Part shown: one piece after another, positions 44,439-56,800 of the stretch
Position numbering within the stretch: position 1 is the first letter of the stretch
Layout: each line of letters starts with the position of its first letter
Origin: Adineta vaga
Taxonomy: Eukaryota > Animalia > Rotifera
DNA length: 64,000 bases
Assembly (NCBI GenBank): GCA_021613535.1
Contig: CP075496.1
Location: forward strand, 1,736,001 to 1,800,000
Direction of reading: 5' to 3'
The notes under the pieces: generated by a model
The model's database searches: none
What the model was told of the DNA's origin: nothing
Seen by the model: the letters and a program-made list of their open reading frames with translations, nothing else
Translations under genes and position numbers: made by a program

Positions 44439-44523
44439 ATATTTTTAGATAGATTATGGACTTTACGTAGTTTTATTATTGTTTAATTTTAGATTATTCA
44501 TTATTGAGAATTAAGTTTTATTA

Positions 44524-45129
44524 ATGAGTTCATCAGCGGGAACAAGTGGAATGAATTCTCCGACATTATCACGAAATGCACCTCGATTAACAGCAACTTC
44601 ATCAGAACAATTAACAATGGCGTTTATTAAACGAGCACTTACACCAAAAGCAACATGGACACATAAGGTAAAAAGTAAATCTTCAATCTTTAATATAAAT
44701 ATATATGAAAAGTTTCGTTTTAGGAAGAATTTCTTGATGCCGTATATTGGCTTCGACAAGTGGTAAGTATCATTCTTGGTGTCATTCTTGGTATTTTATT
44801 GGTTAAAGGTTTTATGGGTATTCTTACGTAAGTACATTGATTTTAATGCTATGATAAACTATAAACAAACCAATCATTTTAGATTTGGTATAATTAGTTC
44901 CCTGATTGTTTTTTTCTATGCTACAAATATTCAAAATGTTGATGCAGAAGAATATGGTGGTATTTTAGAAATTATTAAAGAAGGTTTTATGACGGCGTTC
45001 GCAACGTTTCTTGTAAGATATTGATTATTATTTTTTAATGAGAAATTTCTATTTTTCTTTTTCTAGGTTTCATGGGTTGTACTCTATTCGGCATTTTATA
45101 CTCCAAAGTCGTCACTTCCATCCATGTAG
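44524..45129 (+). CDS. RAB5IF: RAB5IF / C20orf24 (OPTI) family membrane protein, 4 exons
   Basis: Spliced product WTHK|[12 protein letters not shown]...KGF...|...[24 protein letters not shown]|VSWVVLYS. Stop TAG at 45127-45129. Confidence 0.88.
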
Positions 45130-45241
45130 TCAGCAATACACTTTTCTTTTCACTTCATGTCTTAGATTTTCTTGTTGTTGTTGTTGTTCTTTAACAAAAG
45201 AAAAAAAATCTAGTTTCGTTTTTCTTTCAGATAGAATAGAA

Positions 45242-48200
45242 ATGGCAACAAAGAAACGAAATAAAGCATTTATGGGCATGGCTGCACCATTAGGTTATGT
45301 TCCTGGTCTTGGTCGTGGTGCAACAGGTTTCACAACACGATCCGATATTGGTCCAGCTCGAGAAACAGGTGATATTAGTGACGAACGACATGCCCCACCT
45401 ACTAAACGTCGAGATGAAGAAAATGATGATGACGATATCGATTTAAATGATTCAAATTTTGATGAAGAATTCGGTTATGGTGGAAGTTTATTTAAGGTAA
45501 AGAAAATAATAGGAAATGACAATGGAATCGTTTATTTTTTTCTTTTTCTAGAATGATCCATATGAAAAAGATGACGAAGAAGCTGATGAAATATACGAAT
45601 CGATTGATAAACGTATGGATGAAAAACGAAGGGAACGAAGGTAAAGATTTAGTTTTTTTTTCTCAACAAATAAAAATGAAATATTCTTTGTTGTTTCTAG
45701 AGAACGTCGATTTCAAGAAGAAGTTGAAAAATATCGTCAAGAACGACCGAAAATTCAGCAACAATTTAGTGATCTCAAAAGAAAATTAGCTGATGTAACA
45801 GTCGAAGAATGGATGAGTGTGCCAGAAGTTGGAGATGTAAGAAATAAACGTCAACGAAACCCAAGACAAGACAAGTAATTTAAAATCGATGAAAAAAAAC
45901 AATCATTTTTTCGATTAATCCTTGTTTATTTTTTTTATAGATTTACACCCGTACCCGATTCAGTTATTGCAAAAGCTGTTTCAGCAACTGAACAAACGAC
46001 TTCCATCGATGCACGAGAACAAAAATATGGAGGATTTACAACACCTATGGGAATGTCAACACCTTCAGAAGAAATTGAAATGGTTAAAATTGGCCAAGCA
46101 CGAAATACACTTATGAATATGAAATTGAAACAGGTAATAACAATAATTCATTTTTAGAAGAAAAAAGCTGAAAATTCTCAAACTTTTTTAGGCTTCCGAT
46201 ACTTATAGTGATCAGACAGTTGTTGATCCAAAAGGTTATCTAACCGATATGCAGTCCATGTTACCATCCTACGGTGGCGATATCAATGATGTTAAAAAAG
46301 CTCGATTATTATTAAAAAGTGTTCGAGAAACGAATCCATCTCATCCACCAGCATGGATTGCATCAGCACGTTTAGAAGAAGTTGTTGGTAAAGTTCAAGC
46401 AGCACGAAATTTAATTATGCGTGGAACAGAACATTGTCCAAAAAGTGAAGATATTTGGTTGGAAGCAGCACGTTTAATGCCACTTGATTTAGCACGTGGT
46501 GTTGTGACACATGCTGTTCGACATTTACCACAGTCAGTTAAAATTTGGATTAAAGCCGCTGATTTAGAACAAGAACCAAAAGCAAAGAAACAAGTTTTAA
46601 GACGTGCACTTGAACAAGTACCAAATTCTGTTCGATTATGGAAAGCAGCTGTAGAATTAGAAGAAGAAGAAGATGCAAGAATTATGCTTAGTAGAGCTGT
46701 TGAATGCTGTCCAGCATCAGTCGATGTAAGTAGAGATTTTCATTATTTTCTTTATTCATGAACAAACATTCGAGATAGTAAGTCCTTCCAAGATAATATA
46801 TGAACCTGAACAGATTAAGAAATTGGAAAGCTTTGAACTTATATACCTTCATAAATGATTTTTCTTGAGATCATATAGTATTTAATTGATATGCGAAACT
46901 ATAATTCATTAATGTATTATATATATGTTTTCTTTTAGTTATGGTTAGCATTAGCTCGTTTAGAAACTTATGAAAATGCACGACGCGTTCTTAACAAAGC
47001 TCGTGAACATATTCCAACTGATCGACAAATTTGGATAATGGCTGCAAAACTTGAAGAAGCAAATGGAAATAATGCTATGGTTGACCGTTTAATTGACAGA
47101 GGTTAGTGTTTTTTTTCTTCTTCTATCTTCACAAGTTTAATAACTTTTCTTTTAGCTGTGGCTTCATTAACTTCAAATATGGTTGAAATCAATCGTGAAC
47201 ATTGGATGAAAGATGCCGTCGAATGCGAAAAGGCCGGCTCTGTTATTACCGGTCAAGCATTAATTCGTACTGTTATTGGCATTAATATTGAAGAAGAAGA
47301 TCAGTTAACTACATGGATTGAAGATGCCCAATCTTGTCAAAGTGAAGGTGCATATGAATGTGCACGTGCTATCTTTACACATGCCCGTAAATTTCATTCA
47401 ACGAAAACATCCTTATGGTTAGAAGCAGCTGATTTTGAGAAGAAACATGGTACACGTGAACAATATGAAGAACTTTTGTCAGCTGCAGTTGTTAGTTGTC
47501 CAAAAACAGAAGTTTTATGGCTTATGTTAGCAAAAAGTAAATGGTTAGCTGGAAATGTTCCAGTCGCAAGAGACACATTATCAGCTGGGTTTCAGGTAAG
47601 AGACATTTTTTTTGTTCGACTACAAAATCTAGTTTTCTTCTCTCGAAATATTTAGGCAAATCCAAATTCTGAAGAAATTTGGCTTGCAGCTGTTAAACTT
47701 GAATCGGAAAATAATGAATATAAAAAAGCAATTGGTTTGTTGAAAAAAGCTCGGCAGTAAGTATCTTAAGTTTTTTTTTTCTGTTTTGTCTGCAACAGTT
47801 TTTTGTTGTTTTCTTCTAGAAATGCACCCACAGCTCGTGTTTATATGAAATCAGTTCGTTTAAATTGGTGTTTAAATGATATTCCTGCAGCAACAGAATT
47901 ACTCGCCGAAGCATTGAAATCCTACGGAGATTTTCCGAAATTATGGATGATGAAAGGACAAATATTTGCACAACAAGGTTCTACTGGTTTTGAACCGGCT
48001 CGTGAAGCTTATTTAGAAGGAATAAAACGATGTCCAACAAGTATACCATTATGGTTACTTTTAGTTCATTTGGAAATGGAACATGGACAATTAATTAAAG
48101 CTCGAGCTAATTTAGAAAAAGCTCGTTTACGAAATCCAATGACACCAGAACTTTGGTTAGCTAGTGTTCGCCTGGAAGTTAGTGCTGGAAATATTCAACA

Positions 48201-48942
48201 GGCGAAAGTTATGCTTGCACGCGGTAAGTTATCTCAAGCAATCTTTAGTATTTTATTTAAGATTCTATACGAAATTCGTTTGTTTTTGTTCAATTTACCT
48301 TCGATGAGAGATCGTCAAATAGAAGAAAAACTAAATTCTGGACTCAGTTCTCTTGGAAATAAGAGCTCATATATTGAGAAGTATCATATCTCGTCTTTAT
48401 CTTGAGAATTATGATAAAATACAATACTTGTCTCTCATATAGGCGATATTTTTCTTCAATTTGACGATCATTGAATAATTCTATGTAGAAACTGCTATTA
48501 TCTTGAACTTTCTATTTTCACAGGTATGCAAGAATGTCCGGCTGCAGGTATTCTTTGGGCTGAAGCAATATTTATGGACAGTCGTCCTCAACGTAAATCA
48601 AAGAGTGTCGATGCTCTGAAAAAATGTGAACACGATCCACACGTCCTCATGGCTGTCTCGAAATTATTTTGGTCTGAACGTCGTATTGATAGAGCACGTG
48701 AATGGTTCAATCGTACGATTAAACTCGAAACAGATATAGGTGATTGTTGGGCAGCTTTCTATAAATTTGAATTAATGCATGGAACGGAACAACAACAAGC
48801 TGATGTAAAACAAAAATGTATTAGTTTTGAACCACGACATGGTGAATTATGGTGTCGAATCGCCAAAGATGTTCGCAATTGGAAATTGAAAACAGGAGAT
48901 ATTCTCGAATTATGTGCAGCTGAAATGCCTGTAGCTGATTAA
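45242..48942 (+). CDS. PRPF6: Pre-mRNA-processing factor 6 (U5 snRNP, TPR/HAT repeats), multi-exon
   Basis: [56 protein letters not shown] and [14 protein letters not shown]. Confidence 0.96.
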
Positions 48943-49528
48943 AAATTGTTCTTTAATTTATGTTTGTGCTTTGTCTATAATGAAAAAATAAATAAGAGAA
49001 CGAGATAAAATTTCATCGATTATTATTACTAAGCATTCATCGACTACTTTTTATCTAGTCTAAAGCATTGTCGTTTATGTACTATGCATATGTCATGTCA
49101 TGTAAATGCTTAAGATCAAGTTTGCACCGATGCATCTGATACAAATTCAGATTTTAATTATTCATTCGATTTAATCATCAAAACCTTGATTTTTTTTTCT
49201 CACCTACACAAATGAGTTACATAAACGTATAGGAAAAAATATTCTTAACAAGGTCATTCATTTCAAACGAAAAGTTTTAAATGTTCCGTTCAGGGTCATT
49301 TCGTTGCTGTATTTCTAAATCACCTTCATATCAGTTCAAAGAATAGTTACAAGAAAATGAAGAAATCAATCGCATGCGTACATACACACACACACACAAA
49401 CAAAGACATACGTGAACGAAAGAGAGATGACAGAAAAAGAACAAAATATGAACGAGAGTTCGACTTTTTTTTACAATGGTAATCTGCCTAAGAATAAAGT
49501 TCGGTGAAGTAAATGAAGTTTTGAATAT

Positions 49529-49916
<388 letters not shown>

Positions 49917-50932
49917 GGTTGGAGTTTCTATTTAACAAAAAAAAAAGAAGAAAAAGGACAAATTTTGTTATGATGATCAATGAGCATAAATGTATGTTAA
50001 CTCACTCTGAATTACGAAGACGACGACGATGAGTGAAGCACAAATGAATGGACGCTCTATTTATATAAGTAACGGTGAGAGAACGAGAGAGAGAGAGAAA
50101 CCTAATATCTTTTCGTGCAATCGTATGCTCTCGCAGCGAGAAAGAGAGAAGAATAGACGAACAACCTTTTACACAACAAGCTATGGAATAGGACAAACTA
50201 GCTTTACATATATGCTATTGAGGCAATGGTTGCTAAGCAATGCAACCATGTTCTTGCTATAGGGAAGCGCGAACAAACGAAATCGTACGCGCGTTAGTGA
50301 ATGTAGATGGCGACACATATTGACAACAATAAGCTTTCAAAAAATATCACTTGTTGATTATTTATCTATTTTTAATATCATTAAAGATCGATCAAACAAA
50401 AAATCCATGAAAATGTTTTGACGACAGAGTACGTCCGTTTCTTTTCTTCGATTGCTGACAATCTATCAATAAATTTACATACTAAATAGAAATATGTACT
50501 CAAATCAATTACTTTCATTTCTATGAATTGTATGAGTTTTAATTTGAAGAAAAGAAGCAAATAAACAAAAAATATTATCTGAAATAGCAAGGACATTTAA
50601 TTTCTGTTCTGTTTAAACAATTCTGTTGTTAAAAAAAAAGATGATCGTTAAGTGCACATCGTTTGCATTCATGTCAAAGATGGTTTAATTGTTCATCTTT
50701 GATATATTACAACATCTGCTACGGAAAATACCAATTAATTTATCTTAATTATTTATTTTTTCTTGACAACAAAACTTATTGTGATTGCTCTTATGACATG
50801 TATCAACTTATGAATGAATCTTCTTTTAGTAAGAGCACGATTTTGGATAATATTCAAAAAAATCAAGGCTAAGATGCCGTTCAATTTATTCTATGTCAAC
50901 AATACAGTACATGAAGATTCACTCGTATGTTT

Positions 50933-51937
50933 TCATTGACATTTAAGTTGACGAATAGACAAATTAACTAGACGGATGAATGTTTGTCGAAATAGGGTGC
51001 CATTAAGTGTGTAAATATAAAATGAAATTCCATTGCCAACATATGTTAATGAAAAATTGAAATTTACAATAAAATTTTCAATTGCAAGACGCAATGGACT
51101 TTTATCGACATCAATAGTAAATGTTAAATAGAATTGATGCATTGCTTGTGGTACGGAACAAATTGTTAGAAGGCAAACTTGCAAAAGAAGCATAACAGTG
51201 AGAGAATTTTCACGACGTCGAATACTTTTTCTTCGTGTTCTACTTGCTCGACTTACCTTCGAAACAGCAGAAATTTTAAGTATAACTGGTCGAATTGCTT
51301 GTTGAGATCGATTGATATTTCGAATCATAAGAAGTCCAAAAATCAGCATAAGAATTGATGGAATCGCTACAGTTGAACTGGCATAAACAATATCATTAAA
51401 TATGCGACAACTATCAGATTTACCATAGCATTTTAAAGGTGCACGAGTAACATTAGCATCGTAACAAAATAATGCTTCTGCCCAAAGAATACATGATAAT
51501 AAATAGATAATTAGAATACTTTTGTAGGCAATTTTACATGAACTAAAACGACGGTTATGAACTCTCCTATTGCTTGATAACCATCGATCTATAGTAGCAA
51601 ATACAAGTAACCAAGCTGATATGGTTCGAAAGAAATATAGAAGGAAAATACGTAATTTACAAAACCAAGAACTAGTACTTGTCGGATCTGTTACTATCCA
51701 TCCAGCTATGATACGTGATGGAAGACCGATAAGAAGAATTCCAAGACTAGCGATAGATGAAGCAAGAAAATAGAGTACACACGGATTTTTACGTAAAATT
51801 GGTTGAGACAATACGATAATATTTAATAAACTTCCGATTGTTCCAAAAAGAAAAACGAATAGTGTTATATAACGATTGAGGAGAGAAGAGATATTATTCA
51901 GTAAAGCGATTTGAACGGTATCAGTAGAATTGGACAT
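50933..51937 (-). CDS. Intronless class A orphan GPCR
   Basis: Seven hydrophobic segments. CKLR at the start of TM3, ATIDRW, TM6 ICSVP and TM7 ISFYIYTLNGTLFR. Confidence 0.9.
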   Translation of the reverse strand: MSNSTDTVQIALLNNISSLLNRYITLFVFLFGTIGSLLNIIVLSQPILRKNPCVLYFLASSIASLGILLIGLPSRIIAGWIVTDPTSTSSWFCKLRIFLLYFFRTISAWLLVFATIDRWLSSNRRVHNRRFSSCKIAYKSILIIYLLSCILWAEALFCYDANVTRAPLKCYGKSDSCRIFNDIVYASSTVAIPSILMLIFGLLMIRNINRSQQAIRPVILKISAVSKVSRASRTRRKSIRRRENSLTVMLLLQVCLLTICSVPQAMHQFYLTFTIDVDKSPLRLAIENFIVNFNFSLTYVGNGISFYIYTLNGTLFRQTFIRLVNLSIRQLKCQ

Positions 51938-53884
51938 CGATGTACGGAACTTTTAAAAAGACAAAAAAATGAGCTGACAAACGAATTAGTATAATATTTT
52001 CTTTTATTTATAACAGTATTAATATTCTTGATTGTGCGTGTTATTGTCATCTATAATGAACTTTGATGTTGCAGGAATCTCATTAGTTTTTTGTTAAACT
52101 TAATTGGTATTGCGTAGTCATACAGTTACTTTTGAAAGTTTTATTTCTTCTGTGAAAAAAGATTCTCTGTCTTTTATTGATTGATTCATCATCCAGGTAT
52201 CATTGTTAATGTAAATGTTGTGTTGGACCTAATCGCATTCGACAACATTAAGGAATGTTAACTGTAAATGATTGCGATCAATGTTCGTTAGTATGTGAAT
52301 CAAGTTGTCGAATAGTCCATCCAAAGGAGACATGGCATAATCGAATTAGGAAACAGTTCATGATGTAGTTCATATAGATTATTCTACATTTATCGATTCT
52401 TCCATTACGACATTTTTTTTAAATCGAAAGAAATCAATAACGACGGATTGTCCGCTGAAAATTTTCTACAATAGAACAAAATAAACTTTTCCATTCACAA
52501 TATATATTTTTTCGTAAAAACTTCATTCAATTTCTGTTGAAATGATCTGGAGACAGCTCTTGCTGGAAGATGACATCAATCACACTTCTTCTTCGATTTG
52601 TCATGCTTTAAACGAATTTATAACTCATTTATTTGGTAGATCTTAGATCAATATCTGATTGAAGCCAATCTAACATTGATCCTGTACATACAGCTAAAGT
52701 TGTGCTTGCTAATTAATCATCATTTGACGGTGATAATCAAGATGGTAAAGTACTCTCTCGATATGCCGATAGAATATATTGATTACATACAAGGGGTAAA
52801 AAGCAGACTATTTCGGATTCTAGGATACATTTTTCACCTTTGTCAAGATGGAATAAGATCCGATAGAAAAGTAATTAGCATCGATTTCTTAAATAAACAC
52901 AATCGTGATATTAGATAAGGAAACTACTATAGGTATATATTTAATAACGACTATATAACAACTTCAGGTGGAGCGACTTCTTCACGGAAAATCAATGAAG
53001 TATAACTCCGGTACATCATGTAAACATGAAACACATTTTGTGTTTACAAATACATCTCATCGCATTTCAATGAAGTTCAAATATATCAAGAATCGCAGAC
53101 CGGATGCGATTATATCCTAAACTGCATCTTTCCGCATTTGTTAGTTGCGACTGCAATACATAATTTTTCTCTAAAAGATTTTCTGTCCATGCTAGAAGAC
53201 GTATACATTCAAAACATCATTCTATCATCAGACATTAAACGTAAAATCCAAGAACCAACTAGTAAAACTTGTGGACTAGACCATACACTTCATTTTCACA
53301 TTAATTCGAACCCTTCATTTTCCAAATAGCGTAGCAATCTACGACACCGTGAACCTTGAAACAAAAGCCCACTTATGAGAGCAATGCAAAAAAAAGTTCC
53401 GACGTATATTTCGATGCTTATTGCACCAGCATAAGCTGTAAAAGAAATAATCTTTCATAAGTTTCCCAGAGATCACCAATGAGAGTGAATGGAACGTAAC
53501 TATGAAAAGGTTTATATCGTCTGCTGCTTCTGTTCTCCTTCCCTTTATCCGCTAAACCATTCGAACTTTCCTGAAAAACATTATTTACATCAGTACAAAG
53601 TTTCAGTAGAGAAGCTGTAAAACCCATCAACCTTTCAACAAAATTGCGAAACTAAAGCGGATTCCATAGAAAACATGTCTCGTTGTCTGACCCGCTCTAA
53701 ACTCATTACTTTGATGAAAATTTCCCTTTCACAGTGCCAAATCGTTAGTTCCGAACACAACATGCTACCATCTGAAAAATCACGCTTCCTACATCAGAGT
53801 ATATCAGATATTCCTATCAACCAATTTATCGAAAAGAATTCCAAACAAAAAAAGGACCACAAAGTAATATCCGACGATTCAGGA

Positions 53885-56800
53885 CTAACATAACACCCTA
53901 TTTACTAAACAATTCCGAAGCTGTTCTCGTCTTTCGTCGGCGATTTGATTATTCCAGAGAATGAGTTGGGTGAGTGTCTTTAAACGAGAGGGAAGATGAA
54001 TATATCAGTTCTACAAATAGCGATTTAATATTACCGTATTCATTCGCAATGCATCACCGATATGTTGTGCTCCTTGGTCGCCCATTTGATTTTCCCCGAG
54101 ATCTAGTGCGGTGAGTGTCTTTAAACGAGAGGGAAGATCAATATATCAGTTCTACAAATAGCGATTTAATATTACCGTATTCGTTCGCAAGCCATCACCG
54201 ATATGTTGTGCTCCTTGGGCGCCGATTTGATTTTCCCCGAGATCTAGTGCGGTGAGTGACTATAAACGAGAGGGAAGATGAATATATCAATTCTACAAAT
54301 AGCGATTTAATATTACCGTATTCGTTCGCAAGCCATAACCGATATGTTGTGCTCCTTGACCGCCGATTTGATTCGAACAGAGATCTAGTGTGGTGAGTGT
54401 CTATAAACCAGAGGGAAGAAGAATGTACGAGTTCTCTAAAGTGCGAATGACTGTTACCGTATTCGTTCGCAACGCATCACCGATATGTTGTGCTCCTTGA
54501 TCGCCGATTCTATTGTATCCAAGACGTAGTGTGGTGAGTGCCTCCACATGAGAGAAAACATGAATATATCAGTTCTACAAATAGTGATTTAATGTTACCG
54601 TATTCGTTCGCAAGGCATAACCGATATGTTGTGCTCCTTGAGCGCCGATTTGATTTAGCATGAGATTTAGTGTGGTGAGTGTCTATAAACGAGAGGAAAG
54701 ATGAATGTACAAGTTCTCTGAAGTGCGATTGGCTGTTACCGTATTCGTTCGCAAGGCATAACCGATATGTTGTGCTCCTTGTGCGCCGATTTGATTTCGC
54801 GTAAGATCTAGTGTGGTGAGTGCCTGCAAATGAGAAAAATATGAGTATATCAGTTCTCTAAACACCAATTTAATATTACCGTATTCGTTCGCAAGCTATC
54901 ACCAATATGTTGTGCTCCTTGATCGCCGATTCTATTGTATCCAAGATCTAGTGTTGTGAGTTCCTGCACATGAGAGCAAATATGAATATATCAGTTCTAC
55001 AAATAGCGATTTAATGTTACCGTATTCGTTCGCAACGCATCACCGATATGTTGTCCTCCTTTATCGCCGATTTGATTTCGCGTCAGATTGAGTTTATTGA
55101 GTGTCTATAAACGAGAGGTAAGATGAATATATCAGTTCTCTAAATACCAATTTAATATTACCGTATTCGTTCGCAACGCATCACCGATATGTTGTGCTCC
55201 TTGATCGCCGATTTGATTTCGCGTCAGATTGAGTTCGGTGAGTGCCTGCAGATGAGAGAAAATATGGATGTATGAGTTCTCTAAAGAGCGATTTAATGTT
55301 ACCGTATTCGTTCGCAACACATCACCGATATGTTGTGCTCCTTGATCGCCGATTTGATTTCCCCTGAGATCTAGTGTGGTGACTGCCTGCAGATGAGAGA
55401 AAATATGAATATATCAGTTCTCTAAATACCAATTTAATATTACCGTATTCGTTCGCAACGCATCACGGATATGTTGTGCTCCTTGAGCGCCGATTTGATT
55501 TAGCATGAGATTTAGTGTGGTGAGTGTCTATAAACGAGAGGGAAGATGAATGTACAAGTTCTCTGAAGTGCGATTGGCTGTTACCGTATTCGTTCGCAAG
55601 GCATAACCGATATGTTGTGCTCCTTGAGCGCCGATTTGATTTCGCGTAAGATCTAGTTTGGTGAGTGCCTGCAAATGGGAAAAATATGAATATATCAGTT
55701 CTACAAATACCAATTTAATATTACCGTATTCGTTCGCAAGGCATCACCGATATGTTGTGCTCCTTGATCGCCGAATTGATTTTTTCCGAGATCTAGTGCG
55801 GTGAGTGTCTATAAACGTGAGGGAAGATGAATATATCAGTTCTCTAAATACCAATTTAATATTACCGTATTCGTTCGCAACGCATCACCGATATGTTGTG
55901 CTCCTTGATCGCCGATTCTATTGTATCCAAGATGTAATGTGGTGAGTGCCTGCAGATGAGAGAAAATATGGATGTATGAGTTCTCTAAAGAGCGATTTAA
56001 TGTTACCGTATTCGTTCGCAACGCATCACCGATATGTTGTGCTCCTTGATCGCCGATTTGATTTTCCCCGAGATCTAGTGCGGTGAGTGTCTATAAACGA
56101 GAGGGAAGATGAATATATCAGTTCTACAAATAGCGATTTAATATTACCGTATTCGTTCGCAAGCCATAACCGATATGTTGTGCTCCTTGATCGCCGATTT
56201 GATTTTCCCCGAGATCTAGTGCGGTGAGTGTCTATAAACGAGAGGGAATATGAATATATGAGTTCTACAAATAGCGATTTAATATTACCGTATTCGTTCG
56301 CAAGCCATAACCGATATGTTGTGCTCCTTGATCGCCGATTTGTTTCGAACAGAGATCTAGTTTGGTGAGTTCCTGTATAGAGAATGTACGTTTTGAAAAT
56401 ATATAAGGGAATCGACACTTCTAATCAACGTTTTGGAAGTTGTTACAGGAGCTTTCATAGTGTTTCTGTTATTCTTCTATTCCTTCGATCCGATATTTTT
56501 CTTTCTTGATGATGATATATATTTGATCACACATCATCACCTAGCTGTATTATGTCTAAACCCTTGATTCGTTGGACCTTATATATATATGTGTGTGTTC
56601 GTTTTCTTCTCTATAGTTGGTCTCATGTCGTGTGTATCTATATGATGATGATTCGATAACGATAGTTCACTTTTCTAATTATTTAGCCATCTAAATTTTG
56701 ATTCACGTTATTACTATGCATAACGCTTTGTTTGTTCCCTCATCGGTGTAAGAATATCTATAGATAAAAGTTATTCGAGGAATGTGTGAATTCATATCTG

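Noticed and set aside
53970-56372. CRISPR-like or non-coding satellite interpretation of the 141-bp repeat
   Set aside because: The units are spliceable LRR-coding exons plus introns in a eukaryotic gene. There are no unique spacers and no cas genes.
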